64,000 bases of DNA from contig CAWCQS010000013.1 of assembly GCA_963797715.1 (NCBI GenBank), forward strand, positions 350,855 to 414,854, given 5' to 3'. A program made the translations under genes and the position numbers. The notes under the pieces were generated by a model, which was given only the letters and a program-made list of their open reading frames with translations, did no database searches and was not told the DNA's origin. Each line of letters begins with the position of its first letter. Positions within the stretch are counted from its first letter, which is position 1. The stretch is from an uncultured Acidobacteriota bacterium. GTDB taxonomy: Bacteria > Acidobacteriota > Vicinamibacteria > Vicinamibacterales > 2-12-FULL-66-21. Below, piece after piece: positions 1 to 8,829 of the stretch.

Positions 1-270
1 GTCGATGGCCGCTCGAAGGACTGGCAGTCGCGCTACGCTCCTTATGGCTATAGGGGCAATGCCGACTTCAACTTCCGCTCGTTCAGGACGACGAACGTGC
101 TGCGGTGGGAATATCGTCCCGGCTCGGCACTGTTCGTCGTCTGGCAACAGGGCCGCGAGGAGAACGAGTCCTTCGGCAAGTTCCGCTTCAGTCGTGACTT
201 CGGCGGCGTCTTCGGCGTGCCTGCAAACAACGTGTTTCTGGTGAAGTTTTCTTACTGGCTGAATTACTAG
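1..270 (+). CDS. C-terminal end of an outer-membrane beta-barrel protein (DUF5916-like); the N-terminus lies outside the window
   Basis: Frame 1 reads VDGRSKDW..NVLRWEYRPGSALFVVWQQGREEN..NNVFLVKFSYWLNY up to TAG 268-270. The aromatic terminal strand is typical of OM barrels. The track ORF 5..244 is in a different frame and looks spurious. Confidence 0.5.
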   Translation, partial: VDGRSKDWQSRYAPYGYRGNADFNFRSFRTTNVLRWEYRPGSALFVVWQQGREENESFGKFRFSRDFGGVFGVPANNVFLVKFSYWLNY

Positions 271-295
271 CTTTCAGCTGTCAGCTCTCAGCTTC
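268..295. repeat. Tandem heptamer array (4 units, tagcttt cagctgt cagctct cagcttc)
   Basis: Period-7 repeat read directly. It spans the 3-nt gap between two convergent stop codons and encodes the last residues (KLRADS*) of the minus-strand gene. Confidence 0.7.
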
Positions 296-636
296 GACGA
301 ACGTGCATCGACATAGAGCCACGCGGTCGTCCCTGAGGCCAGCACGACCGACACCCTTACGTACGACGCTCCGCGTTCGTACTCGTCAGCGGCGGCAAGC
401 TCCGCATCAGTCACCACGAACACTGTGCCGCGCACTCGACTCTCGGGGCTCCCAGTGAACAACGCATTTGCGTAGTGCGTATGGCCGGTGCTGGCGATGA
501 CCTGCGGGTCGTCAATCCGGATGAGCGTCGGCTCGAACTTTGGTAACTCGTCAGGCCGCCCTTGCAGCCGCCGTCCGAATGTCGACACCTGCACCCGCAC
601 GTCTTGAAGAGTGCCGTACGAAAAGAGGAGCGGCAT
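274..636 (-). CDS. Gamma-glutamylcyclotransferase (AIG2/GGCT-like) family protein
   Basis: MPLLFSYGTLQ.. N-terminal YGTL motif, about 120 aa. I chose the internal ATG at 636 because the upstream part of ORF 274..822 overlaps the PBP gene end and is Arg/Ser-rich junk. Confidence 0.7.
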   Translation of the reverse strand: MPLLFSYGTLQDVRVQVSTFGRRLQGRPDELPKFEPTLIRIDDPQVIASTGHTHYANALFTGSPESRVRGTVFVVTDAELAAADEYERGASYVRVSVVLASGTTAWLYVDARSSKLRADS

Positions 637-664
637 GTCGTCTCCAGGTGCAATCGGTCGTTCG

Positions 665-2713
665 TTACCGAAAGATGCCCCGAATTCGCTTTCCGAGCCC
701 CGACAGTAACCCATCGAATGCGCGACGCACCTGTTGCTTGAACGATCCCTTGTGGATCGGGCACAAGCCGCTCGGCGCCTTGTCATCAGGCTTGAGATAC
801 TCGGTGTAGGTCGGGCACCCATCTACGGGCCGCAAGTACGAGATGCGACAGAGCGTGGTTTCCTTCAGACCCGCGGGGGCATCGAACGCTTCTGGCGCTC
901 GCACCCGCGCGGCGCGCTTCATGAACTCGGACCAGAGCGGCGCCGCATAGCGCGACCCATAGGCGTCCCGCCCTATCGGCTTCGGTTGATCGAAGCCGAC
1001 CCAGACGCCGACCACGAGATTCGACGAGAACCCGACGAACCACGCGTCCTTGAAATCGTTCGTCGTGCCCGTTTTGCCACCGACCGGGAAAGTCACGCCC
1101 TGTCTTCGCACGACGGCACCAGTTCCGCGGTCGACGACGTCGGCGAGCATCGACACCATCTGAAACGCGGTTTGCACGGAGATCACCCGCTCACTCGTGA
1201 TCGGGTTGTCGAGGGCGACGTCGCCGTCGGCATCGGTGACGCGCAGGATCGCGCGCGGCGTCACCGCCACGCCGCCGTTCGGAAAAGTCGCGTACGCGGC
1301 GGTGAGTTCGATGGGCGTCACCAGCCCGGTTCCGAGCGACAAGGACGGCACGTCCGGCATGTCGTGCAGGCCGACGTGCGAAGCGAGCCGCAGGACAGGA
1401 CGCGATCCGACGCGCTGTTGCAGGACAGTTGCGGCGCGATTGTTCGACTCGAGAAGTGCCGCGCGAAGTGTCAGAACGTCCGGTGTCTCACCGCCGGCGT
1501 TGCGCGGCGACCACTCGTCCGGTCCCTGCGGCTCGATCGTCATCAGCCCCTCGATGGTCGATACCGGCGAGTAGCCATGCTCGAGCGCTGTGGCGAAGAG
1601 GAGCGGCTTGAACGCAGAGCCAGGTTGCCGGCGGCTGCGGCTCGCGCGGTTGAACTGCGATTGCGTGAAGTCGCGGCCGCCAACGAGCGCGAGGATGTTC
1701 CCCGTCCGCGGATCGATCGCGACGAGCGCCGCTTGCAAGTCCGGCTCGTTGAACCGTGCCAGCCCGCTGCGCACGGCTTGTTCTGCCTGTTCCTGTAGCG
1801 CCGGGACGAAGGTCGTCCGCACCTCCCAGTCCGGCGGGTGGTCGCCGCCAAAGCGCTCGCGGAAGAGCTGGCGTAGAAACTCCTTGGCATAGCCGGCGCG
1901 CGGATCGCTCGCGCCCGGGTACGGCCGAATACGAATGCTCGTCGAGCGCGCCTCGCGCTCCAGCGACGGAGTGATGAATCCTTCCTCGCGCATCCGCGCC
2001 AGGACCACGTGACTCCGCGCGATCGCGCCGTCGAGATTCGACCACGGCGAGAGCGTCGATGGCGCCCTCGCCAGGCCGGCGATGAGCGCACACTCCGCGA
2101 GGTTGAGCTGTTTGGCGGGCCGACCGAAGAGATGCCGAGACATCGTCTCGACGCCGTACACGCCGGCGCTGAGGTAAATCCGGTTGAGATAAAGCTCGAG
2201 CACCTGATCCTTCGTCAGCTGCCCGTCAATCATCATCGCCAGCACCGCTTCGCGCGCCTTTCGACCGTAGGTCTTCTTGTTCGACAGGAAAAGCGTGCGC
2301 GCCAACTGCTGGGTGAGCGTGCTTCCACCTTCGACGGTTCCGGGCGAGCGCAAATTTCGGACAACGGCACGGCCGAGTGCGATGGGATCGACGCCAGGAT
2401 GCGCGTAGAACCGGTGATCCTCGACCGCGATGAACGCGTGCTGCAGGTGCTCGGGAATCTCGCTGAGCGGTACGTCCCGCCGGTGCTCGTCCATGCGGAA
2501 CCAGCGCCGGCCGTCGGCAGAGAGAAACCACGTATCTCCGACCCCGCGCGTCAACCGGTGAACGGCATAACCCTGACGCAGCAACCACGTCACCGTGAAC
2601 GCCGCGAGGACGACCATGCCGACAAGAACCACGGGCGCAACGCGGTCCCGCCAGCCGCTCGGCTCGCGCGGCCCACCCTCCCGCGCCGGCCACCAGCTCG
2701 GGCGCCGGGTCAC
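665..2713 (-). CDS. Class A penicillin-binding protein (transglycosylase/transpeptidase, PBP1A family)
   Basis: GT51 motifs VEDHRFYAHPGVD, GGSTLTQQ and RKAREA. Transpeptidase motifs SAFK (SxxK), SNN and KTGTT. There is an N-terminal TM helix. The likely GTG start at 2713 overlaps the upstream stop as GTGA. Confidence 0.9.
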   Translation of the reverse strand: MTRRPSWWPAREGGPREPSGWRDRVAPVVLVGMVVLAAFTVTWLLRQGYAVHRLTRGVGDTWFLSADGRRWFRMDEHRRDVPLSEIPEHLQHAFIAVEDHRFYAHPGVDPIALGRAVVRNLRSPGTVEGGSTLTQQLARTLFLSNKKTYGRKAREAVLAMMIDGQLTKDQVLELYLNRIYLSAGVYGVETMSRHLFGRPAKQLNLAECALIAGLARAPSTLSPWSNLDGAIARSHVVLARMREEGFITPSLEREARSTSIRIRPYPGASDPRAGYAKEFLRQLFRERFGGDHPPDWEVRTTFVPALQEQAEQAVRSGLARFNEPDLQAALVAIDPRTGNILALVGGRDFTQSQFNRASRSRRQPGSAFKPLLFATALEHGYSPVSTIEGLMTIEPQGPDEWSPRNAGGETPDVLTLRAALLESNNRAATVLQQRVGSRPVLRLASHVGLHDMPDVPSLSLGTGLVTPIELTAAYATFPNGGVAVTPRAILRVTDADGDVALDNPITSERVISVQTAFQMVSMLADVVDRGTGAVVRRQGVTFPVGGKTGTTNDFKDAWFVGFSSNLVVGVWVGFDQPKPIGRDAYGSRYAAPLWSEFMKRAARVRAPEAFDAPAGLKETTLCRISYLRPVDGCPTYTEYLKPDDKAPSGLCPIHKGSFKQQVRRAFDGLLSGLGKRIRGIFR

Positions 2714-3454
2714 AGCTGGGCCGGTGTCGCCCGGCGTCGATGCAGCACGAAAGACAGCACCATGTAATAGAGAGGAAACGCGAAAGAGGCGGCGAAGAGA
2801 GCAGTCGGCACCCGAGGCAGCGCCAGAATCATCAGCACGATGTTGATAGCCCAACACACGCCAAAAGCGATCGTCACTGTTCTAAGCGTTGGAGTACGGG
2901 AGGGATAGACGTAGCGGATCCGCCAGAAAACGAGCGCGCTCAACACCAGGAGGACGAGCGCGTTCCCGATAGGTGGCATCGCCGCGACGTAGATATAAAT
3001 GGCGACGATGTTCCAATAGGACGGAAAGCCCGTAAAGAACTGATCGCTCGTTTTCGCATCGCTGGCGGCAAACCCGTAGGCACTGCTCAGCAGCACCACG
3101 GAGAGCACGACGGCGCTCCAACCCTCGGGGAGCACGCCAGAGCGATGGAGGAATAGCGCCGGCAGGAAGACGAACGTCAAGTAATCCACGATATCGTCGA
3201 GTCGAGCGCCGTCGAGGCCGGGCAGCCGTTCCTTGACGCGGGCGCGACGCGCCAGCAACCCATCAGTCGCATCGATCGCCGTGGCGGCCACCATCCACAG
3301 GAGCGCGTCGCGGTAACGGTCGGCAAAGACCGCGAGCGTGCCGAAAAACGCGCAGAGCGCACCTGTAGGCGGTGTAGAGGTGGACGAGCCAGGCCGACAA
3401 AAGGTTCAGGCGGCTTGCTGGCACCGATGGGCTCGTGTACAATGTCATGAGCAT
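2710..3454 (-). CDS. pcs: Phosphatidylcholine synthase-type CDP-alcohol phosphatidyltransferase, interrupted by one frame shift near 3365-3370
   Basis: Motif DG-LL-AR-x12-G-ARL-D-DIV-D has the x12 spacing typical of Pcs. FFTGFPSYWN is also present. The N-terminus MLMTLYTS..LSAWLVHLYTA lies in ORF 3263..3454, and the continuation TGALCAFFGTLAV..WMVAATAIDATDG is in the frame of ORF 2710..3294. Confidence 0.75.
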
Positions 3455-3521
3455 TCCAATCCCCAGCGGAATGTCCCTTACCTCACTCTAATTTAGCGTC
3501 GGGGCCAGCGGTGCGGGACAG

Positions 3522-4982
3522 ATGCCTGCGCATGTCGGGCTGCTGTGCGGAACGGAACTGCAGTTGGAGTTCTCGCGTTTTCGGCGATCTCGCATTGTCC
3601 TCGTAGCTGCCACGCTCCTGTTGAGCGCCGTTGTCGCGCTCTACTTCTTTACTCGCTCCACCGACCCACCGGCGCTGGCCTTCTCGGAATTTCTCAAAGC
3701 GGTAGACACAGGCAACGTCGCGGCTGTCACCTTTGCCGATCCGGTCGTCGACATTACTCTTACTGACGGCCGAGTTGCGCGGACGGTCGCCCCGAAAGAC
3801 TACCTCGCCGCCAACGGATCGTTTGTCACCGATCTCTATCGCCGCAACGTCCGCGTCGACGTGGTCCCTGCCCCGGAGCCCGGCTCGCTCAGCTGGGGCG
3901 CCACGGCGACCGTCGCCGCGTTCCTTGGGCTGCTCGCCTTCACGGTCTATCGGACCACGGCCGGGCGCATCCCGTCCATCTCCGGCCGAGCTCGCGTTGC
4001 CGACAAGGGTGAGCACGTCATCACCTTTCAGGACGTTGCCGGCGTCGACGAGGCCAAGGACGAGGTAAAGGAAATCGTCGATTTCCTACGGGAACCTGGG
4101 CGTTTTTCGAAGATCGGCGGGCGAATTCCGAAGGGCATCCTGCTCGTCGGACCGCCTGGAACCGGAAAAACGCTTCTTGCGCGATCGATTGCCGGTGAAG
4201 CGGGCGTGCCGTTTCTCTTCGCGAGCGGCTCCGACTTCGTCGAGATGTATGCCGGTGTCGGCGCCTCCCGCGTGCGCCGATTGTTCCGCGATGCGCGGCG
4301 CCACGACTCCTGCATTGTGTTCATCGACGAGCTCGACGCTGTCGGCCGCAGCCGCGGCGGCAGCTCGCTCAGCCACGAGGAACGCGAGCAGACGCTCAAC
4401 CAGCTGCTGGTCGAGATGGACGGCTTCGAAGCGCACCTAGGCATCGTCGTCGTCGCCGCGACCAATCGGCCTGACATCCTCGACCCGGCGCTGCTGCGCC
4501 CGGGCCGCTTCGACCGGCAGGTCACCGTCGCCAACCCCGATCTGAAGGGTCGCGAGGCGATTCTCCGTGTCCACACGCGCCGGATTTCTGTCGATCCGAA
4601 AGTTGATTTGCGCACGATTGCCCGCGGCACACCAGGCTTCTCCGGTGCGGACCTGGCCAACCTCGTCAACGAAGCGGCGCTTCTCGCCGGGCGCGCCGCA
4701 CGGACGACGGTGGTCGACGCAGACCTGAGCGAGGCGCGCGACAAGGTTCTCATGGGCGTCGAGCGCCGATCGGTCGTGCTGAGCGACCTCGATCGCGTCA
4801 ACTGCGCGTACCACGAGGCCGGTCATGCGGTCGTTGCCGCACTGCTGCCAGGGGCCGACCCCCTACACAAGGTCACGATTATCCCGCGCGGCCGCGCGAT
4901 GGGCGTGACGATGCAGCTGCCCGAAGCGGATCGGCACACCTACACGAAAGGGTTCCTCGAAACGCAGGTCGCAGGTACCTGA
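3522..4982 (+). CDS. ftsH: ATP-dependent zinc metalloprotease FtsH, N-terminal 486-codon fragment (2 TM, AAA+ module, start of M41 protease)
   Basis: Walker A GPPGTGKT, Walker [33 protein letters not shown] and zinc site HEAGHAVV. It stops at TGA 4980-4982 in the middle of the protease domain. Confidence 0.9.
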   Translation: MPAHVGLLCGTELQLEFSRFRRSRIVLVAATLLLSAVVALYFFTRSTDPPALAFSEFLKAVDTGNVAAVTFADPVVDITLTDGRVARTVAPKDYLAANGSFVTDLYRRNVRVDVVPAPEPGSLSWGATATVAAFLGLLAFTVYRTTAGRIPSISGRARVADKGEHVITFQDVAGVDEAKDEVKEIVDFLREPGRFSKIGGRIPKGILLVGPPGTGKTLLARSIAGEAGVPFLFASGSDFVEMYAGVGASRVRRLFRDARRHDSCIVFIDELDAVGRSRGGSSLSHEEREQTLNQLLVEMDGFEAHLGIVVVAATNRPDILDPALLRPGRFDRQVTVANPDLKGREAILRVHTRRISVDPKVDLRTIARGTPGFSGADLANLVNEAALLAGRAARTTVVDADLSEARDKVLMGVERRSVVLSDLDRVNCAYHEAGHAVVAALLPGADPLHKVTIIPRGRAMGVTMQLPEADRHTYTKGFLETQVAGT

Positions 4983-5377
4983 TGGGCGGACGTGTCGCCG
5001 AAGAGCTCTTCATGAATCACATGACCAGCGGCGCCTCGAACGACATCGAACGCGCCACGGACATCGCCGAGCACATGGTTTGCGAATGGGGCATGTCCGA
5101 CCTCGGTCCGCTCGCCTACCGCAAGCCCGGTAATGCTTTCGAAGCCGATCGGCCGCACGGGATCAGCGAGGCCACCGCCCAGCGAGTGGATGAGGAAATC
5201 CGCCGCGTGGTCATGAACGGTTACGAGCGGGCGCGCGGCGTCATCGAAGAGCACCGCGAGGCCGTTCGCCTGCTTGCCGAAGAACTCCTCCAAATCGAAT
5301 CGCTCGAAGCCGACGAGATTCGCGCATTGCTCGAAAGAGCTGGGGCGCTGGTCGAGCGACCAGCGCTTAGCTCCTAG
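4982..5377 (+). CDS. ftsH: FtsH C-terminal fragment (rest of the M41 protease domain), in a different frame from the preceding fragment
   Basis: [33 protein letters not shown] matches the conserved FtsH LGGRxAEE..GASNDIxxAT block. The junction sequence is ggtaccTGATGggc. Confidence 0.85.
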   Translation: MGGRVAEELFMNHMTSGASNDIERATDIAEHMVCEWGMSDLGPLAYRKPGNAFEADRPHGISEATAQRVDEEIRRVVMNGYERARGVIEEHREAVRLLAEELLQIESLEADEIRALLERAGALVERPALSS

Positions 5378-5398
5378 CTCCTAACTCCTAGCTCCTAG
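5367..5398. repeat. Tandem heptamer array (ttagctc ctagctc ctaactc ctagctc ctag)
   Basis: Period-7 repeat containing the palindromic CTAG. TAG/TAA falls in all three frames on both strands, and the ftsH stop (5375-5377) lies inside it. Confidence 0.75.
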
Positions 5399-5403
5399 AT
5401 AAT
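5398..5403 (+). promoter_or_regulatory. Possible -10 box GATAAT, 9 nt upstream of ATG 5413 (near-leaderless transcript)
   Basis: The hexamer was read directly. No Shine-Dalgarno sequence lies between it and the ATG. Confidence 0.3.
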
Positions 5404-5412
5404 ACGGGGCGC

Positions 5413-5937
5413 ATGTCCCCTGCTTCCGAGTCCGTCCGGCTGGAACGGCTGACGCCGTTCGCCTGGTCGGTCATCGGAGTCGTTGCCCTCACCGTGATCT
5501 ACACGGTCATTCAGGTGCTGTTGGTGCGGCCGTATCTCTGGCCCGCCGGCGCAGGAGTGACCCTCGCGGGTGATCCGACGGCGCACCAGCCCCTGAAGGC
5601 TCGGCCTCCCGAGATCCTTCATTCCTTCACTGTCGCGCCAGAAATCGTCCGTGTCGCGCCCGGAAGCCCTGCCGACGCGAATCACGTCCGCCCTGGCGAT
5701 CGCCTGCTCGCGCAAGAGCGGATCGACAACCGCGCTGGTGTTCGGTTTGACACGCGACTGGATCAGAAGGCTGGCCGCCTTGCAGCGTGGCGGGATCCTG
5801 TATCGGTCAGGGGTTCGCGGACAAGTCGCGTGGGAACTCTCGGCGCCGGACGGCACGGTTCGGCGGCTCACGATGGATCGCCCGTCGGTGCTCGCTTCCG
5901 CAACCGACGGGGTGGGCGCGGCGTCACCTCGGGATGA
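5413..5937 (+). CDS. Membrane-anchored PDZ-like protein. It may be the N-terminal part of the downstream kinase gene.
   Basis: An N-terminal TM helix is followed by VRVAPGSPADANHVRPGDRLLA (PDZ-like). The last ~45 codons are Arg/Gly-rich and look out of frame, whereas frame 2 reads the PDZ-like GILYRSGVRGQVAWELSAPDGTVRRLTMDRPSV. The stop overlaps the next ATG as ATGA. Confidence 0.45.
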   Translation: MSPASESVRLERLTPFAWSVIGVVALTVIYTVIQVLLVRPYLWPAGAGVTLAGDPTAHQPLKARPPEILHSFTVAPEIVRVAPGSPADANHVRPGDRLLAQERIDNRAGVRFDTRLDQKAGRLAAWRDPVSVRGSRTSRVGTLGAGRHGSAAHDGSPVGARFRNRRGGRGVTSG

Positions 5938-8384
5938 TCGTGCAAACGGTCGTATTTGCCGTCGCAGCCGTGCTCCTTCTGCTGATGCGCAGTTACGACT
6001 TGACCGCCGGGCTGTGCGTGCTGGCGCTGGCGTTCAGTGCGGTCGGGGGCGGTGGACCGCTTCTCGGATCGGAGCCGCCGATCCCGGGCGTTCAATCGAT
6101 CTTGACCCTGTTCGCGTGGATCGCAAGCCCACTGGCCTTCCCCACGATCGCGCTGGCCATCCTCCACTTCCCCACCCGCTCGCACCTGCTCGCTCGCTAT
6201 CCATGGCTGTACGCGGTTCCGCTCATCGCCGCCGCGCCGCTCGTTGCCCCGGCGCTCGGAACCGGCTTGTATCTCGCCGGTCTCGAGTCGGCGCAGGGTC
6301 TCGCGATCTGGGATGCGTCACATCCGGGTGTCTACTACGCCGCGTTCGCCACAGCACTCGGTCTCAACGTGGCGGCGGTGGTGGAAGGCGCGTACCGTTA
6401 TCGCTTCAATCACAACGCCAACGAGCGCCGCAAGATCCGCATGGCCCTGTACACAGCGGTGCCCGGAGTCATTGCTTACGCGGTTCGCGACGGTATTCCG
6501 ATCGTCGCGACGCTTTTCAACGTTGACCCGCCCGAGTATTCCGGCGCGGTGAGGGTGCTGCTCGACGGCCTGGTGCTATTGCCAGCATTCGGGCTCGTCT
6601 ACGCGGTCGGCGTCGCCCACGTACTGGGACCACGTGTCGTCCTTCGCCGCAGCCTGCAGTATGCGCTCGCGAACAAATCGCTGACGGTCCTGATCTTTCT
6701 GCCTGCGATCGCGCTCGTGGTCTCGCTGGTCAAAGAGCGAACCCGTACGCTCGAAGACATCGCGCTGAGCAGTTCGGGGCTCTATGCGGCACTCATCCTC
6801 GCGTCGGGGCTGACGTTCATGAAACGCGAGAAGGCGCGGCAGTGGCTCGATCAGCGGTTTTTCCGCGAGGAATACGACGCTCGCAAGATTCTGCTCTCGC
6901 TCGCGAGTCGCGTCCGCTTTGAAACCGACCCTACCGATCTGGCAACGATGGTAGTCAATCAGATCGACGAGGCCCTCCACCCACTGATGACGGCCATCCT
7001 CGTGAGCGGTATCGACGAGGGACGGTTGACGCCAGTGACCGTTCTGCACGGTAGCGCCGAACCCCTCCCGCTCGAAGGCGGCCTGGTCTCGATGCTGCGA
7101 TGGTCGGATGAACCACTCGATATCGTGTTCAACGATCCGCGATCGCCGGCACGCCGTCTGCCACCCGAGGAACGCGAGTGGCTCGAGTGCACTGGCGCGG
7201 TGCTGCTGGTGCCGGTCGTCGGCGAAAGCCGCTCGCTGATAGCTGTCATCGCCTTGGGCGAGCGCCGTTCCGAGGAAGCTTACACCGCCGAGGATCGGCA
7301 ACTGCTCGCGAGCATCGCCGCGCAAATGGCGCTCGGATTCGACGTCGTACGGCTGCGGCGGCGCATCGGCACCTCCACCGAGGACGGTGAACGGACACGG
7401 GTCGTGCCGGCTCCCGTCGAACCCATGACGGAATGCCCGCGTTGCGGCCGCTGCGAGGATGCCGGCGTCGCGAATTGTCCAGCGGATGGCACGTCCATGC
7501 GCCCCGTGCCTTCAGTGCCCCGCACGGTCGACAATAAGTATCGAATCGAGCAATTGCTTGGTCGCGGCGGCATGGGCGCCGTGTATCGCGCCCGCGACGT
7601 GCGCCTCGATCGATTGGTCGCGCTGAAAGTGGTCCGCGCTGACTTGCTCGGCGATCCCGAAGCGCGGCGCCGCTTCCGTCGCGAGGCGCAGATCGTCGCG
7701 CGGCTGCAGCATCCTTCGATCGTGGCCGTCTACGACTATGGAACGTTTGCGGATGGCGGCGCCTATCTGGTGATGGAACTCGTTCGCGGCGAAGACCTGC
7801 GGCACCTCTTGCAGCGCGAGGGACGCCTCGAGGCGGCCGAGGCCATGCAGATCCTGACGGCGGTGTGCGCCGCGATCGGCACGGCGCATCGCGAGGGCGT
7901 GCTGCACCGCGACTTGAAGCCGGAGAACATTCTGCTGCCAAGCGGCGGCGCTGCGGCCAAGGTGCTCGACTTCGGCGTCGCCAAGCTCGTGACCGACGAC
8001 CGTGCACCGGACGCGCAGGAGAGCGGCCTCAGCAGTACGCAGGCGCCGACAGCATTGACCGCGGCAGGAATGATCATCGGGACGCCGGCGTATATGGCGC
8101 CGGAACAGTTCAAAGCCGTAGACGCCGATACGCGCACGGATGTCTTCAGCCTCGGTGTGGTGGCGTACGAGATGCTGTCGGGAGAGCTGCCTTTCGGGCG
8201 AGGGACGCTGGCAGATGTCGTGCTGGCGCAGTCGCGCGGCGTTCCACCGATGCCGGCCGAGCTCGTATCGCAAGCCGCGGAGCGCGCGATTCGAACGGCG
8301 CTCGATGCAGACCCGGATCGCCGGCCGCCGACACCACAGGCGTTCGCCACGATGCTATCTGCGGCGCTCGATAGCGAGCGCTGA
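5934..8384 (+). CDS. Sensor Ser/Thr protein kinase: multi-TM domain, GAF-like domain, Cys4 zinc ribbon and C-terminal kinase domain
   Basis: Kinase motifs GRGGMGAVYRARD..VALKVV, HRDLKPENILL, DFGVAK and GTPAYMAPEQ. The ribbon is CPRCGRC..CPADG. The GAF-like block ends ..LIAVIALGERRSEEAYTAEDRQLLASIAAQMALG. An alternative start is ATG 5787. Confidence 0.85.
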   Translation: MIVQTVVFAVAAVLLLLMRSYDLTAGLCVLALAFSAVGGGGPLLGSEPPIPGVQSILTLFAWIASPLAFPTIALAILHFPTRSHLLARYPWLYAVPLIAAAPLVAPALGTGLYLAGLESAQGLAIWDASHPGVYYAAFATALGLNVAAVVEGAYRYRFNHNANERRKIRMALYTAVPGVIAYAVRDGIPIVATLFNVDPPEYSGAVRVLLDGLVLLPAFGLVYAVGVAHVLGPRVVLRRSLQYALANKSLTVLIFLPAIALVVSLVKERTRTLEDIALSSSGLYAALILASGLTFMKREKARQWLDQRFFREEYDARKILLSLASRVRFETDPTDLATMVVNQIDEALHPLMTAILVSGIDEGRLTPVTVLHGSAEPLPLEGGLVSMLRWSDEPLDIVFNDPRSPARRLPPEEREWLECTGAVLLVPVVGESRSLIAVIALGERRSEEAYTAEDRQLLASIAAQMALGFDVVRLRRRIGTSTEDGERTRVVPAPVEPMTECPRCGRCEDAGVANCPADGTSMRPVPSVPRTVDNKYRIEQLLGRGGMGAVYRARDVRLDRLVALKVVRADLLGDPEARRRFRREAQIVARLQHPSIVAVYDYGTFADGGAYLVMELVRGEDLRHLLQREGRLEAAEAMQILTAVCAAIGTAHREGVLHRDLKPENILLPSGGAAAKVLDFGVAKLVTDDRAPDAQESGLSSTQAPTALTAAGMIIGTPAYMAPEQFKAVDADTRTDVFSLGVVAYEMLSGELPFGRGTLADVVLAQSRGVPPMPAELVSQAAERAIRTALDADPDRRPPTPQAFATMLSAALDSER

Positions 8385-8464
8385 CAGGTGTGTGTCGTGT
8401 CGGGAACGGTCTACCCGCGATCGCCGCCCTGACCTGCAGGGCGGCTTACCCGCGATCGGCGTTA

Positions 8465-8719
8465 TCAGCTGGCCGCGAGACGCTTGTCGATTTCGGCGAG
8501 GGCCGCCTGAATCTGCTGCTTCCGCACAGGGTGCGTCGTAGCGTCGGACTGACGCTCGAGCTCCGCGCGCGCCAGCCGTAGCGATTCAATTGTCCGGGTC
8601 CGTTCGGGGTCTGGCGCCGGGCTCGAACTCCCACGGCGGCGCCGCTCGGCTTCCCGCTCTTCCATCTGCTCCTGGATCCTCGCGTCTGCGTCGACCAGGC
8701 CTTCTCCAGAGTCACCCAT
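8465..8719 (-). CDS. Small hypothetical protein (84 aa, charged and predicted helical)
   Basis: Protein-like composition (..ARIQEQMEEREAERRRR..LARAELERQ..IQAALAEIDKRLAAS). It is divergent from lhr. I recognised no family. Confidence 0.4.
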   Translation of the reverse strand: MGDSGEGLVDADARIQEQMEEREAERRRRGSSSPAPDPERTRTIESLRLARAELERQSDATTHPVRKQQIQAALAEIDKRLAAS

Positions 8720-8721
8720 AG

Positions 8722-8785
8722 TTCAATTCTGAATGCTGACTGCTTATTGCTGAAGTGGAACGTGACATTCAATTCTGCATGAATC
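8722..8785. repeat. Direct repeat TTCAATTCTG(A/C)ATG (two copies, 8722-8735 and 8768-8781) in an AT-richer divergent intergenic region
   Basis: Read directly. It contains the CTGAATG word that recurs elsewhere in the window. Confidence 0.55.
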
Positions 8786-8829
8786 AGACGCGCACAGCAA
8801 TCATCTTTCTCGCACCGCTACAATAAGAT

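Noticed and set aside
5-244. Track ORF at the left edge
   Set aside because: Frame 1 over the same bases gives a convincing beta-barrel C-terminus ending ..FLVKFSYWLNY*. The listed frame is Arg/Ser junk.
4975-4990. Programmed ribosomal frameshifting, or genuine gene splitting, at the TGATG/ATGA junctions (ftsH 4980, PDZ/kinase 5934, RidA/dehydratase 17542-17545)
   Set aside because: I saw no slippery heptamer or downstream structure. The same window has many other simple indel-type breaks, so error or decay is the more economical explanation. The sites are kept as check items only.
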